Part shown: positions 1 to 9,900 of the stretch, in pieces
Layout: every line of letters begins with the position of its first letter
Position numbering within the stretch: the first letter of the stretch is position 1
From: a virus
Lineage: Duplodnaviria; Caudoviricetes
Reading direction: 5' to 3' (one strand)
IMG/VR virus record: IMGVR_UViG_3300037851_000300
Coordinates: 1-62,343 of that record
Length of the DNA stretch: 62,343 nt
The notes under the pieces: generated by a model
The model's database searches: none
Told to the model about the DNA's origin: nothing
What the model saw: the letters and a program-made list of their open reading frames with translations, nothing else
Program-made: the position numbers and the translations under genes

Positions 1-6
1 TTTGCT

Positions 7-555
7 ATGGTTAGAAGGAACATCAATGACTACCTTAAGAGAGTTGTTGAGCAGTTTATCGCTCTAGACAAGCAGTTCATAGATACAGAAATGGTTATTC
101 GCATAGTTGGCGAGCCAGCTGACTTCTCAGAGATAGACACCCTTATGAACCTCCCAGTTGAGATAAGAGAGACCCTCGGTAACATGAGATTCATAACAGT
201 TGAGAGCATCAAGGATATAGCTTCAGAGTTCGATGTAGAGGTCGACATCGATAATTCAGTACCAATCAACAAAGCAATGCTTTTGCAGAGCTACGAGAAG
301 TTACTCGCACAATCCATTGCTGACCCAAATTCTGGACTCAATAGAGCAGAGATATACAAGGAATGGGTTAATGCCATGGGACATAAAGGTTCCAGATTCT
401 TCCTTAATACTCAAAACCAGATGTATATGCCAATGCCTGGGCAGATGCCGATGCAACAGGGCCCACAAGGTTCCAAAGCTTCAGCACCAATGCCAGGAGC
501 AGTAACAAACACCATGGGAATGTCTACGAGACAGAATCCAACAATAAATCAATAA
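7..555 (+). CDS. Portal protein, C-terminal part (truncated at window edge)
   Basis: EFDVEVDIDNSVP motif and Q/M/P-rich tail typical of P22/SU10-like portals; lies upstream of scaffold and MCP. Confidence 0.7.
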   Translation: MVRRNINDYLKRVVEQFIALDKQFIDTEMVIRIVGEPADFSEIDTLMNLPVEIRETLGNMRFITVESIKDIASEFDVEVDIDNSVPINKAMLLQSYEKLLAQSIADPNSGLNRAEIYKEWVNAMGHKGSRFFLNTQNQMYMPMPGQMPMQQGPQGSKASAPMPGAVTNTMGMSTRQNPTINQ

Positions 556-557
556 AC

Positions 558-680
558 ATGAAATCAAACCCGAAAAAAGAAAGTACCCGTTCAGTGAAAG
601 TAGGGCATAAGCACCCGATACAGCCTAAAGCGAATCATAACGGACCCAAATCACCACTTCAGCTTAAAAAGCGAAAATAG
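558..680 (+). CDS. Small basic protein (40 aa, MKSNPKKES...LKKRK)
   Basis: Own translation; fills the gap between portal and the next gene. Confidence 0.5.
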   Translation: MKSNPKKESTRSVKVGHKHPIQPKANHNGPKSPLQLKKRK

Positions 681-986
681 ATGGATGCCAACACAAAGAC
701 AACTTACCAGGAGATGATAGACAGAGGACAGAGAGCTCAAGCATGGTTATCCTTAGAAACCACCCAAGAGTTCCTCAAACCCCTTAAAGATAAGATAGCT
801 GAGCTAAAGGCGTTAGACTACAACGATATTCTGGGACTAGACGATAAGACGTTTCGTTCCAAAGTGGAAGCATCGTTCTTGGCGGCCAAGGAAATAGAAG
901 ATTTTTTTGCATATCTAGACGACACATTGTTGGCCGCTGAACAAGCCAGAATTGCACTAGATGGCAAGGACGTGGACGATTACTAA
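681..986 (+). CDS. Hypothetical head-associated protein
   Basis: Helical ~100-aa ORF between portal and scaffold. Confidence 0.6.
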   Translation: MDANTKTTYQEMIDRGQRAQAWLSLETTQEFLKPLKDKIAELKALDYNDILGLDDKTFRSKVEASFLAAKEIEDFFAYLDDTLLAAEQARIALDGKDVDDY

Positions 987-1072
987 TCGTCCCCCCACCC
1001 CAGCACTTGCAGAGTGTTGAGGCGGGGTCGGTCGAACCCCCCTGTTCCTTAAAACTTAACTTCATCGAGTTA

Positions 1073-1837
1073 ATGACAGAATCACAGCAATCCCCCGCTA
1101 CCGTCTCAGCTCCACAAGAGTCTGAAGGCAACGGGAATGCGAACATTCAAAGCGAAGTACGCCAAGAATCATCCGCAGTCCCCGCAAGTAGCGAGGTACC
1201 CAAAGAACTAGAGGTAATCAACAAAGCCGCCAAAAGGCAATATAAGACCCTGGAAGAAGCCGAAAAAGGCATCTCCGAGACTTATAGTTATGTTGGAACC
1301 CTAGGCCAGCGAGCTGCCATAGTTGACAAGCTAGCTGAGCGGATAGCTTCTGAAAATGAAGTGTCCAAAGAGGATGCAACCAAGTATCTTGAGTTGCTGC
1401 TTGAGCAAACACCTGTTGCTCAACCCGAACAATCCTCATCGAGAGCGGATGTGCCAACCGAAACAAAGGTCAGAGTACAGGAGACCTTAAAGGACTACCA
1501 ACTCCAGACTTTGTCTCAGCAAGTACAGGAAGAAAAACTGTTGAGGAAATTCCCAGAAGCTGAAAGCAATATGGATTTAATTAAAAACATTCATAAGGCT
1601 ACTGGTAGGGAATTCTTCGAAATCTACGAGAAGGACATACTTCCCCTCGTGGAGGTAGGCAAAAAGCAAGCGTACGAATCTCAAAGCACTAAGCAGGGCG
1701 CAAGTGTAGTCACTTCGGGGGCAACACCCCCACCAGCCGACCCATACAATGAAACCTTTAAAAAGTTTCAGCGTGGTCAAGCCTCTGTAATAGAGCTTTT
1801 GAAGGCTAAAGGACTTAGGATAGGACCGAAAGAATAG
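1073..1837 (+). CDS. Capsid scaffolding protein
   Basis: Acidic disordered N-terminus, YKTLEEAEKG motif, coiled-coil, directly before MCP; start reassigned to ATG 1073. Confidence 0.75.
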   Translation: MTESQQSPATVSAPQESEGNGNANIQSEVRQESSAVPASSEVPKELEVINKAAKRQYKTLEEAEKGISETYSYVGTLGQRAAIVDKLAERIASENEVSKEDATKYLELLLEQTPVAQPEQSSSRADVPTETKVRVQETLKDYQLQTLSQQVQEEKLLRKFPEAESNMDLIKNIHKATGREFFEIYEKDILPLVEVGKKQAYESQSTKQGASVVTSGATPPPADPYNETFKKFQRGQASVIELLKAKGLRIGPKE

Positions 1838-1851
1838 AACATCGCAAAGAA

Positions 1852-3779
1852 TTGGCAATCGGACTCATAACTTTAATCTCATAGAGTTCGCAGAGAGTAA
1901 TCTCTGTGTAAAAATATTCCTCTGAATTCGGCGAATATCCACATTGTTTCAATGGAGAGATGGTGATATCATACTACTATGATACATCAATCTAACGAGA
2001 CTCTAAGGACAACGCCGAGCGAAAGTAGAATTGCGTGGTTGTCTGGTATTATAGACGGAGAAGGGACTATATGTCGCTATCAGATGGGTAAAAGGTCCCA
2101 TCAACATAGAGGATATATATTAGGAGTAGTGGTCGTGAATACAGACCTAAATATCCTAAACGAAGTCCAGTCTATATATACAGACTTAGGAATTGTAAGT
2201 AAGAGGAATCAAAAAAGTGCTTCCAAAAAACAGCGAGAGGGTTCATATAAATTCACCAAACCTTGTTATGAAATAGTGATAAGGAGAAGAGAAGATATAC
2301 ATACCCTGCTAGACTTATTGATTCCATATCTTATCGGAGATAAGAAACAAAAGGCTATCGATTTAAAAGAATGGATAGAACATAATCCCCGATTAAGAGA
2401 AGGCACCACAAAATTCCGCTGCGTGTAACGACTGAGCGAGGAACTCCCGAGAGGGATGAAGCCACAGTCTGACCTCTATAGTAATATAGAGAGGCAAGCA
2501 GAAATGTCTTGTCCCCGTAATGGGTAACAAAAGTGATGATGACGCTAGTCGTCGTGAAGATTTAGTCGACGTGATTACCAACGTATCTCCCAGCGAAACA
2601 CCGTTGCTCTCTGGATTAGGAGAAGGCTCTGAGGCAACTCAGACCCTGCATGAATGGCTTACAGCCTCTTATGCAGCCTATGCGGATAATGCTCAGGCGG
2701 AATCCTCAGCATTCTCAGCCGTAGACCTTACCCAGCCGACACGTGCAGTCAACAAGACCCAGATTTTCAAGGACGACATTCAAGTGTCGGGAACTGAAGT
2801 CGCGGTCAATGTTGGCGGAGCACAAGGTGCATGGGAATACCAGCTAGAAAAGAACTTGAAGGAACATGCCAAAGACATTGAGCTCGCGCTCATGAATGGC
2901 TCAGTTGCTTCAGGTTCTTCAGGTGTTGGACGCAGAATGGTTGGTGTCATAAATGGCATTACCACTAACGCGACTGCACGTGCATCTGGTTCCTCACTTG
3001 GAGAAACCGACTTCAACAACATCATGGAGATGATTTACAACTCCACTGATACAGTTGCTGATGAGGTATACGTTGGCGCAACCCTTAAGAGAGATATTAG
3101 TGCTTTCACCGCAGGTTCAACTCGCTTCCTTTCAGCTGATGACAAGAGACTTGTCAGACCAGTTGATGTGTACGAGTCTGACTTCGGAATGCATAGGAAA
3201 TACTTTGTGCATTTAAAACTTGGCCATATGCTGGGAACCCCTAAAACTTGTATGACTATTGATTCCAGTGTATACTCAACCAGTATACATCAACAACAAT
3301 AGTAACACCATGCAAGATATTACAATGGGCAATCAGCAGGAAAGGCTTCTGTGTTGGTTAGGAGGTTTAGTAGACGGAGAAGGTCGCTTCTTCATTATAA
3401 ACGAAGTGACCTGAGATTAGCAGAAAAAGTTAGGTCGCTTAACTCACCAAAAAGAAGAATCCTCAGAGACTTTACGCCAAGATTAGCCATGATAGATGAC
3501 TAATATGATAAAGTCCAAACCCTCACAAATACATCGAAAGATGGGGTAGGAGGAATGAAGGTATTCCTCCATAGGACCGTCGGCAATGGCGCAAACGCCA
3601 AAGAGTTGGTGGCAATCAAGAACGAGATGTGGAAAATTAGCTGGCTCAAGGGCCGCCGAACGAAGGTTACTGACCTTCAGAAGGACGGAGACCGCGAGCG
3701 CGCACAGATTATTTCAGAGCTTACTCTGGAAAACCGTGGACAGGCAGCTTCCGCATGCGTTACTGGTTTCACTAGCTAG
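1852..3779 (+). CDS. Major capsid protein (SU10/DUF5309-like), 3 exons: 1852-1873, 2536-3194, 3558-3779; 300 aa after splicing
   Basis: Splicing gives MAIGLIT-Y-DDASRREDLVDVITNVSPSETP and VYESDFGMH-KVFLHR in frame; TTG start. Confidence 0.9.
1874..2535 (+). ncRNA. Group I intron 1 in MCP gene
   Basis: P1 AACUUU/AGAGUU with U1873-G1884 wobble; P3 UUCCUC/GAGGAA; P4 UUCGGCG/CGCCGAG; P7 GACUG/CAGUC; terminal G2535. Confidence 0.92.
1979..2428 (+). CDS. Intron-encoded single-motif LAGLIDADG homing endonuclease
   Basis: IAWLSGIIDGEG motif; lies inside intron 1 between the P4 and P7 elements. Confidence 0.92.
   Translation: MIHQSNETLRTTPSESRIAWLSGIIDGEGTICRYQMGKRSHQHRGYILGVVVVNTDLNILNEVQSIYTDLGIVSKRNQKSASKKQREGSYKFTKPCYEIVIRRREDIHTLLDLLIPYLIGDKKQKAIDLKEWIEHNPRLREGTTKFRCV
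3195..3557 (+). ncRNA. Group I intron 2 in MCP gene
   Basis: P1 AUGCAU/GUGCAU with U3194-G3207; 8-bp P10 AAUACUUU/AAGGUAUU; P3 UUGGC/GCCAA; AAUCAGCAGG, UCAGAGACUUUA, GAUAAAGUCC core; terminal G3557. Confidence 0.92.
3310..3414 (+). pseudogene. Remnant of LAGLIDADG endonuclease in intron 2
   Basis: MQDITMGNQQERLLCWLGGLVDGEGRFFIINEVT* (34 aa): motif intact, rest deleted. Confidence 0.85.
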
Positions 3780-3792
3780 TACATCATACGTA

Positions 3793-3828
3793 CTCTCTCT
3801 ACAGCTCATTAGTGGGCTGTAGGAGAGT
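3793..3828 (+). terminator. Hairpin after MCP (terminator or mRNA-stabilising stem)
   Basis: CTCTC-TACAGCTCA/TGGGCTGTA-GGAGAG inverted repeat; no strong U tract. Confidence 0.45.
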
Positions 3829-3839
3829 GCAGTAGCAAA

Positions 3840-4199
3840 GTGGACGAACACCTAAAAGGTAATAAGATAGTTATAGTGAAGCCCACAGAAGATGTGGGCT
3901 CTTTGGCATCAGATTCAGAAGATATTAAGTGGAAGATAGTGGACACGATGATAAGAGACTACACGAAGGTTCACCCTAAAGAGATGCTTGATTTGATAAA
4001 AGAGAATAAGGCCATAAAGGAATCCATAGAAAATGAATTCGCTAGGTCTAAGGGAGGCGGTCTTAGGTGGGGATTCAGACTTCCCCCTGGGCTGTTGAGA
4101 ATCATAGAGCGCAGGTTCCCAGATATATTTACTGATAAACAACAAATAACAAAATTTATGAAGCAGTACCCTGCACTTAGGGTCTGCGAAATCGTATGA
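3840..4199 (+). CDS. Hypothetical protein following MCP
   Basis: ORF with ATGA overlap to the next gene. Confidence 0.65.
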   Translation: MDEHLKGNKIVIVKPTEDVGSLASDSEDIKWKIVDTMIRDYTKVHPKEMLDLIKENKAIKESIENEFARSKGGGLRWGFRLPPGLLRIIERRFPDIFTDKQQITKFMKQYPALRVCEIV

Positions 4200-6553
4200 C
4201 AATATCATTGAACATGATAGTGAAAAACGAGGCCAGTAAGATAAAAGATGCGCTGGACTCCATACAGGAATACGTAGACAAGATTTACATAACAGACACT
4301 GGCTCTACGGACGCTACCAAGGAAGTTATAAAAAAACTTCCCTATTCTGGGATGATAGAGGTAAGCGATTTTAACCCCACCACCAATCCAGAGGCGTTTT
4401 TTGAAGATGGTAGTATCTATAATTTTGCAGCAGCTAGGGCGTTTAATTTCTCACAATCTAAAGAGGATTGGATAATTTGGATGGACGCCGACGATATCTA
4501 CGTTAATCCAAAGAATATAGGGTTGCTTATAAATGAAGCCAAGGTTAATAATATCTCTGGCTATTTTTTCGATTACTGGTATCAGATAAGCGAGGGTAAA
4601 CCTACGGAGCACCACCTAAAGTTGATGCTTACAAGGAATAACGGTCAGTTCGAATGGAAGGGTAATATCCACGAAGACCTGCTCCCTAAGAGCCCGATGA
4701 GATTGGCAAAGACACAGGCTGTCACCCGTGTGCACAAGCACGGGAAAGTAGACGAAGCCAGTAAGAATATAAGAAATATGAGGATATTGTCTCGCCAGCT
4801 ACAGGAGATGGGAGACAAGCCAGACCCCAGAACACTGTTCTATATGGGACGCTCATTGATGGTGGCTAGACAGAGCATAGAGGCTATTCCGATATTTGAG
4901 AAGTATATGGAGTTATCTGGATGGGCTGAGGAACTATATGAGGCTCGGTTCCTATTGGCAGAATGTTATGTAGATGCTGGGAGATTAGACGACGCCAGAA
5001 ATGCAGCCCTGAAGAACCTTGAGCTCAAGCCCAATTCCCCCGATGCATATCACCAGATGGCCAGGACATACTTAATGGAGCAAGAGTACCAAAAAGCACT
5101 ACAGTGGACTGCCAATGGTCTTAGGATAATTCCCCCAGAAGATGCGGTTACCACATTCCCACACAGATACACTACTCAGCCATATGCCACCCTAGCCACG
5201 ACATACCTTTATATGGGTAAGTTTGATGACGCTAAGATGGCTATAGATAAAGCCCTCTCCTACTCTCCTAAAGATGCTAAACTATTAGAGATACAGCAGT
5301 TAATATCATACCTGAGCGAAAGAAGAAGCGTAGCAGTAGCTTATGCGACTATCGCTGGATATATGAGGAAAAAGAAAGAAGAGTATAGAATCGCCACCCT
5401 GATAGGAAATGTCCCTGGAGACCTCAATGCTGACCCCATTATAGGTAAAATAAGATATGACTATTCTAAGCCCAAGACTTGGCCAGAGAAGAGTATCGCC
5501 ATACTAGCCTTCGGTACCGTAGAAGCATGGTCGCCCAAGAACGAGAAGGCTGGAGGCATAGGAGGTTCCGAAGAGGCTGTGCTTAACTTAAGCCGAGAAC
5601 TAAACAAACTAGGATATAGGGTTACCGTTTATACCAACACTGGTAGTGATGATGGAGTGTACGATGGAGTGGTGTGGAAGATGTTTACAGAGTTTAATGG
5701 CAAAGACAAATTCGACACTATAGTCCTATGGAGGGCTAACGGATTACTTGAATATGAGATAGATGCCAACGTAAAGCTGTTTGACCTACATGACGTCCCG
5801 ATGTTTGGGGACTGGAATGAAGAGAAAAGCAACAAGGTTAATAAGCTGATGGTCAAATCAGAATATCACAAGAGTCTGTTCCCAGAGGTTAAACCAGAGA
5901 AGATAGTAATTTCCACCAATGGAATAAACTCTACCCAATTTAAGAAGAAGATAGACAGGGAAGAATTCAGGTGTTTTTATTCGTCTGCTATAGATAGAGG
6001 ACTAGATATCCTACTGGATATGTGGCCCAAGATTAAAGAGAAGGTTCCCAAGGCTACACTACATATCTACTATGGATTCCAGACCTTTAAGGCATTAAAT
6101 AAGCACAACCCAGAGAGGATGAGGTATGTGAATAACATCGAGAAGAAGATGAACGATATGGCCAGTCTGGGGGTCGTCTATCACGGAAGGGTGTCTCACG
6201 ATGAATTAGCTGATGAGATGCTCAAATCAGATGTTTGGCTATATCCAACCTATTTCCCAGAGATATCTTGTATAACTGCGATGAAGGCTCAGGCAGCTGG
6301 AGCGATACCCGTGTGCACAGACTATGCCGCCCTTGATGAGACGGTTCAGTATGGAAAGAAAATAGGTGGGGATATTTACATAGAAGAGATTCAGGCGGAG
6401 TTCATCAACGCTGCAGTCGAGGTGTTGAACAATTCCAAGTTCAAGAAGGAACAGAGGAAACTAATGATGCCATGGGCTCAGGATAAGTTCTCTTGGACAA
6501 ACGTAGCAAAAGAATGGGATAAAACTATCAATGACGAGCATAATAGAGGATAG
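4196..6553 (+). CDS. Multidomain glycosyltransferase: GT2 (GT-A) + TPR + GT4-like (GT-B)
   Basis: ISLNMIVKNE, DTGSTD, NFAAAR, WMDADD, IHE; central TPR helices; GGSE, YSSAIDRGL, EISCITAMKAQAAG. Confidence 0.9.
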   Translation: MTISLNMIVKNEASKIKDALDSIQEYVDKIYITDTGSTDATKEVIKKLPYSGMIEVSDFNPTTNPEAFFEDGSIYNFAAARAFNFSQSKEDWIIWMDADDIYVNPKNIGLLINEAKVNNISGYFFDYWYQISEGKPTEHHLKLMLTRNNGQFEWKGNIHEDLLPKSPMRLAKTQAVTRVHKHGKVDEASKNIRNMRILSRQLQEMGDKPDPRTLFYMGRSLMVARQSIEAIPIFEKYMELSGWAEELYEARFLLAECYVDAGRLDDARNAALKNLELKPNSPDAYHQMARTYLMEQEYQKALQWTANGLRIIPPEDAVTTFPHRYTTQPYATLATTYLYMGKFDDAKMAIDKALSYSPKDAKLLEIQQLISYLSERRSVAVAYATIAGYMRKKKEEYRIATLIGNVPGDLNADPIIGKIRYDYSKPKTWPEKSIAILAFGTVEAWSPKNEKAGGIGGSEEAVLNLSRELNKLGYRVTVYTNTGSDDGVYDGVVWKMFTEFNGKDKFDTIVLWRANGLLEYEIDANVKLFDLHDVPMFGDWNEEKSNKVNKLMVKSEYHKSLFPEVKPEKIVISTNGINSTQFKKKIDREEFRCFYSSAIDRGLDILLDMWPKIKEKVPKATLHIYYGFQTFKALNKHNPERMRYVNNIEKKMNDMASLGVVYHGRVSHDELADEMLKSDVWLYPTYFPEISCITAMKAQAAGAIPVCTDYAALDETVQYGKKIGGDIYIEEIQAEFINAAVEVLNNSKFKKEQRKLMMPWAQDKFSWTNVAKEWDKTINDEHNRG

Positions 6554-6737
6554 AGGCAGAGAGAAGACTGGCGAGGTGAGCAAGATGTGCCCACATTGTG
6601 GCTTCTACCAGAAACACGAGATATACGAGCATAAGAAGAAGTTTAAGGCTTATGTTTATGTAGAGGTGGTGTATGTATGTATGGCTTGTGGCGCATCTGT
6701 CGTAACGGCTCCCAAGGCATACAAAATTGAATCATGA
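6531..6737 (+). CDS. Small zinc-ribbon protein
   Basis: CPHC...CMAC. Confidence 0.6.
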   Translation: MTSIIEDRGREKTGEVSKMCPHCGFYQKHEIYEHKKKFKAYVYVEVVYVCMACGASVVTAPKAYKIES

Positions 6738-7627
6738 AAATTGCATTCGTATGGGAGGATATCTACAGATATCCAGATGGTTGGAAAGATGGACTATGGT
6801 TGGCCCTTAAACACATTGAAAAGGATGCTGAGGTAAAATATTTTAGCCCAACTCAGATTGTAGAGATAGGAGAATACAGCCCAGATATTATGATTGTTTG
6901 GGGAGCCATGGCTGGATACTACATGCCACAGTTAAAAGAACTCCCGTTTAAGAAGGCATTATGCTTTGGTGGTGGCCCTATAGACGCACAGGGATGCGCT
7001 GGATGGGACTTAGTATTTACTGAGAGTAAATCAGATGAAGATATATTGTCCTGGCTACGAGTTCCATACTTAAGAGCCTTTGGTATAAATGAAGAGATAT
7101 TCAAGCCCCAGAGATTAAAGAAGGAATATTCTGGGATGATAGCTGGAACCTTTGCTCTTTGGAAAAGACATGATTTATTCGCTCAAGCCACTGGCGGGGG
7201 TGGAATAGCCATAGGGATAGTACAGAAGCACGAGATAGAGTGCTATAATGTTTGCAAGACATATGGCAACACTGTCTTAGAAGAGCAACCTAGAGAGAAG
7301 ATAGCCGAAATTATTAACAAGTCACATACGGTTGTGAATACAGCCAATTTGTGGGGCGGAGGGCAGAGACTTACCTTAGAGGCTATGGCTTGTAATGTCC
7401 CTCCGATAGTTATGAAGGATAGCCCCAAGAACTGTGAGTTCTCCCACGAATCTGGGATAGGAGTCATTGTAGAACCTAGTGTAGAACAAATAAGGTGGGC
7501 TATAGGCTCACTTAGGGGAAAACATTGTAATGGAAGAGAGTACATTGAATCAAAATGGACCAGTAGACACTATGCCGACGCCCTCAAGAAAGGAATCGAG
7601 CTTGTTCTTGGCCCCACACAACGATGA
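6734..7627 (+). CDS. GT4-like (GT-B) glycosyltransferase
   Basis: WKRHDLF and GGQRLTLEAMACNVP motifs. Confidence 0.85.
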   Translation: MKIAFVWEDIYRYPDGWKDGLWLALKHIEKDAEVKYFSPTQIVEIGEYSPDIMIVWGAMAGYYMPQLKELPFKKALCFGGGPIDAQGCAGWDLVFTESKSDEDILSWLRVPYLRAFGINEEIFKPQRLKKEYSGMIAGTFALWKRHDLFAQATGGGGIAIGIVQKHEIECYNVCKTYGNTVLEEQPREKIAEIINKSHTVVNTANLWGGGQRLTLEAMACNVPPIVMKDSPKNCEFSHESGIGVIVEPSVEQIRWAIGSLRGKHCNGREYIESKWTSRHYADALKKGIELVLGPTQR

Positions 7628-8063
7628 CGGGTGCCTATTTAGAGGTATTATCATACAGTGATTTAACCCTCTTATTGTTATTGTTACTGATAGTTGGGTT
7701 CAGTATATCCGTGGGGATGGCATTACAGCGGAAGATAGAGGAGAAGAATCAAGAAGAGCGATGTGGTTGCTCGGAGCGGAGTGTAGATTCCCTGGGCTCA
7801 GGGACGACACGCTTAAGGGAGAGAGTCTCTACCGTGCCCTCATTGCCTACAAAGACCAGTACGGTACGATTTATTTACCCGAGTGATAATGGTGGTATGG
7901 GCCCCACGACCTCGTCAATGAATTGGGGCCAAGCATCTGGTCAAGGGCGATACGATGCACAACCCATACAAGAACTGACCTCCGTGCTGAAGAAGAAGCC
8001 CTCGCGTGTTACAAAAGCTAAATCAAAATCAATCTCCCGCACTTCGAGGCGGACAAAAATTAA
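7572..8063 (+). pseudogene. Decayed PIG-L/LmbE-family deacetylase
   Basis: One frame reads LFLAPHNDD..VIVTDS..R.EESRRAM.LLG..HDLV..ALACYKS with stops at 7659, 7884, 7887, 8019. Confidence 0.8.
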
Positions 8064-8076
8064 AAAACCACGATGA
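7624..8076 (+). CDS. Orphan ORF with N-terminal TM helix and basic tail, in the +1 frame of the PIG-L relic
   Basis: 150 open codons with ATGA overlaps on both neighbours. Confidence 0.5.
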   Translation: MTGAYLEVLSYSDLTLLLLLLLIVGFSISVGMALQRKIEEKNQEERCGCSERSVDSLGSGTTRLRERVSTVPSLPTKTSTVRFIYPSDNGGMGPTTSSMNWGQASGQGRYDAQPIQELTSVLKKKPSRVTKAKSKSISRTSRRTKIKKPR

Positions 8077-8516
8077 AGTTAAATCTTGGGTGTGGAGAAA
8101 ATAAGAAGGCTGGTTGGATAAATATAGATTATGTTCCAGAAGTCAACCCAGACCTTATCCTTGACCTAAATAACACCAAACACAATAGACTGCCATATAA
8201 AGATAACGAGATAGAGGAATTAAATGCCGTGGACGTACTTGAGCATATAGAGAATATAATCCCACTAATGAACGAACTACATAGGGTCTTGGTGGTTGGA
8301 GGCGTGATTCACATAGAAGTCCCGCTTGCTGGTACAGTTGATTTCTATAAAGACCCCACTCATGTACGCTCATTTGTGCCAGAGACTTTTAAATATTTTG
8401 CAGAATGGTGTCCTAGGTTTTATGGCATAAAACAATGGAAGATATTAGAGATGAGGTGGACCAAGGGAGGAGATAACCAAAACCGTATCTGGGTGACAAT
8501 GACACCACTAAAATGA
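8073..8516 (+). CDS. Class I SAM-dependent methyltransferase
   Basis: KLNLGCG, VLEHI, LHRVL..GG, DPTH. Confidence 0.88.
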   Translation: MKLNLGCGENKKAGWINIDYVPEVNPDLILDLNNTKHNRLPYKDNEIEELNAVDVLEHIENIIPLMNELHRVLVVGGVIHIEVPLAGTVDFYKDPTHVRSFVPETFKYFAEWCPRFYGIKQWKILEMRWTKGGDNQNRIWVTMTPLK

Positions 8517-9238
8517 AGTTTAGTTCGATAACAAATGTAATGAATGAAGAGGATATCCTATCTGGGTGTCTTAGTCTGCTTGATGTAGATTTTAAGATAG
8601 TGGTAATATCTGACACCACTCATTCTGGTCTATCTTATGTGCCAGATAATAGTGAGCAGATAGCCATAGATAGTGGCGCAATGGTTATTAGGGTAAAGAA
8701 CGTCGACGAGATAGGTATGAGAAATCTTGGCCTCGGTATGTCACTGGCATTGGGGGCTGATTATGCATTTATAGTAGACGCAGATGAGTACTATCCTAGA
8801 AAAACGCTTGAGAATTATAAGAAGTTTATAGAGCAAAATCCCTATTTATCATACAGAGCGAAAATGCTTGTTTCGTTTAGGCAACCCAACTGGGTGGTCC
8901 CTTGCCCCACCGACCATGGGAGTATCGTGGCTATTAGAACAGACCAAAGATTCAATCAACTTAGGTCGCATGGTGACAGCATATCGATTCCAGATGAACT
9001 CGGCACAATCTATCATATATCCTATGCTCGTTCAGCAAAGAAGATAGAGGAAAAGATGAAAAGTTTTTCCCATGCCAGTGAAGTATTGCCGAATTGGTTT
9101 AATGAAGTGTTCCTCCCTGCCACGCTAGAATCACACAACGTTCACCCAACATCCCCCTCTGTATGGCCAGACATAAAAGTGATAGAATTACCAGAAGAAG
9201 TTAAAGAAAAAATACCAAAGAACCTATGGCAAAAATAA
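8513..9238 (+). CDS. GT2-like glycosyltransferase
   Basis: RNLGL...FIVDADE DxD motif, HISYAR. Confidence 0.8.
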   Translation: MKFSSITNVMNEEDILSGCLSLLDVDFKIVVISDTTHSGLSYVPDNSEQIAIDSGAMVIRVKNVDEIGMRNLGLGMSLALGADYAFIVDADEYYPRKTLENYKKFIEQNPYLSYRAKMLVSFRQPNWVVPCPTDHGSIVAIRTDQRFNQLRSHGDSISIPDELGTIYHISYARSAKKIEEKMKSFSHASEVLPNWFNEVFLPATLESHNVHPTSPSVWPDIKVIELPEEVKEKIPKNLWQK

Positions 9239-9900
9239 GCGTAATAGTACCAATTTATGCGTTAGATGAAGAAATCATATCCTATGCAGTAAAATGCCTA
9301 GACTCTATAGGCGACCATGAGATTATTGTTGTAGATAATGGAGGGGCTGAAGAGGTTCTAAAACGCTCCAAGGCGAAGGTATCTATCACGATGTCACTCA
9401 ATGACAATGTGGGCTATGGTATGGCTATCAATATGGGTATGTCGGTTGCTACGGGAGACATACTTGTTGCCTTAAATGACGACGTAATCCTACCAGTGGG
9501 CTGGGAAAGGTTCACCGACATTCTCGTAGACCCCATGGTGGGAGTGGTAAGACCAGGAGAGCTGTCAGAACAGCCAGGGGGCTTGGTGGAAGACCATGCA
9601 TGGTATCATGGATTCTGTTGGGCTATAACCAGAGCTACCTATGAGAGGTTGAGCACTAAGAAGAATGGGCTTATGGACCCAAGGTTTGGACTCGGTTATT
9701 TTGAGGATTTAGACCTTTGGCACCGCATGAGGAAGCGACACCTCAAGATGATGAAAGACTTCAGGGTGAAGGTGTTCCATTATGGAGGATTAACCATACA
9801 CAAAATGGACCATTCTGAATTGCAAAAAATCAATGAACAAAAGTTCATAGAAAAACACAATCTCCCCAACTGGAAAGAAATATACTACCCATGGGAATAA
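9226..9900 (+). CDS. GT2 glycosyltransferase
   Basis: ISVIVP, VVDNG, NVGYG, LNDDV, GYFEDLD. Confidence 0.9.
   Translation: MAKISVIVPIYALDEEIISYAVKCLDSIGDHEIIVVDNGGAEEVLKRSKAKVSITMSLNDNVGYGMAINMGMSVATGDILVALNDDVILPVGWERFTDILVDPMVGVVRPGELSEQPGGLVEDHAWYHGFCWAITRATYERLSTKKNGLMDPRFGLGYFEDLDLWHRMRKRHLKMMKDFRVKVFHYGGLTIHKMDHSELQKINEQKFIEKHNLPNWKEIYYPWE

Noticed and set aside
2520-3302. ORF-track calls 2520-3302 and 3555-3779 as separate proteins
   Set aside because: They are exons 2 and 3 of the MCP; the apparent starts and the RKYFVH... tail are intron sequence
7572-8063. Stop-codon reassignment explaining the PIG-L in-frame stops
   Set aside because: The stops include TAA as well as TGA, and neighbouring genes terminate normally at TGA and TAG
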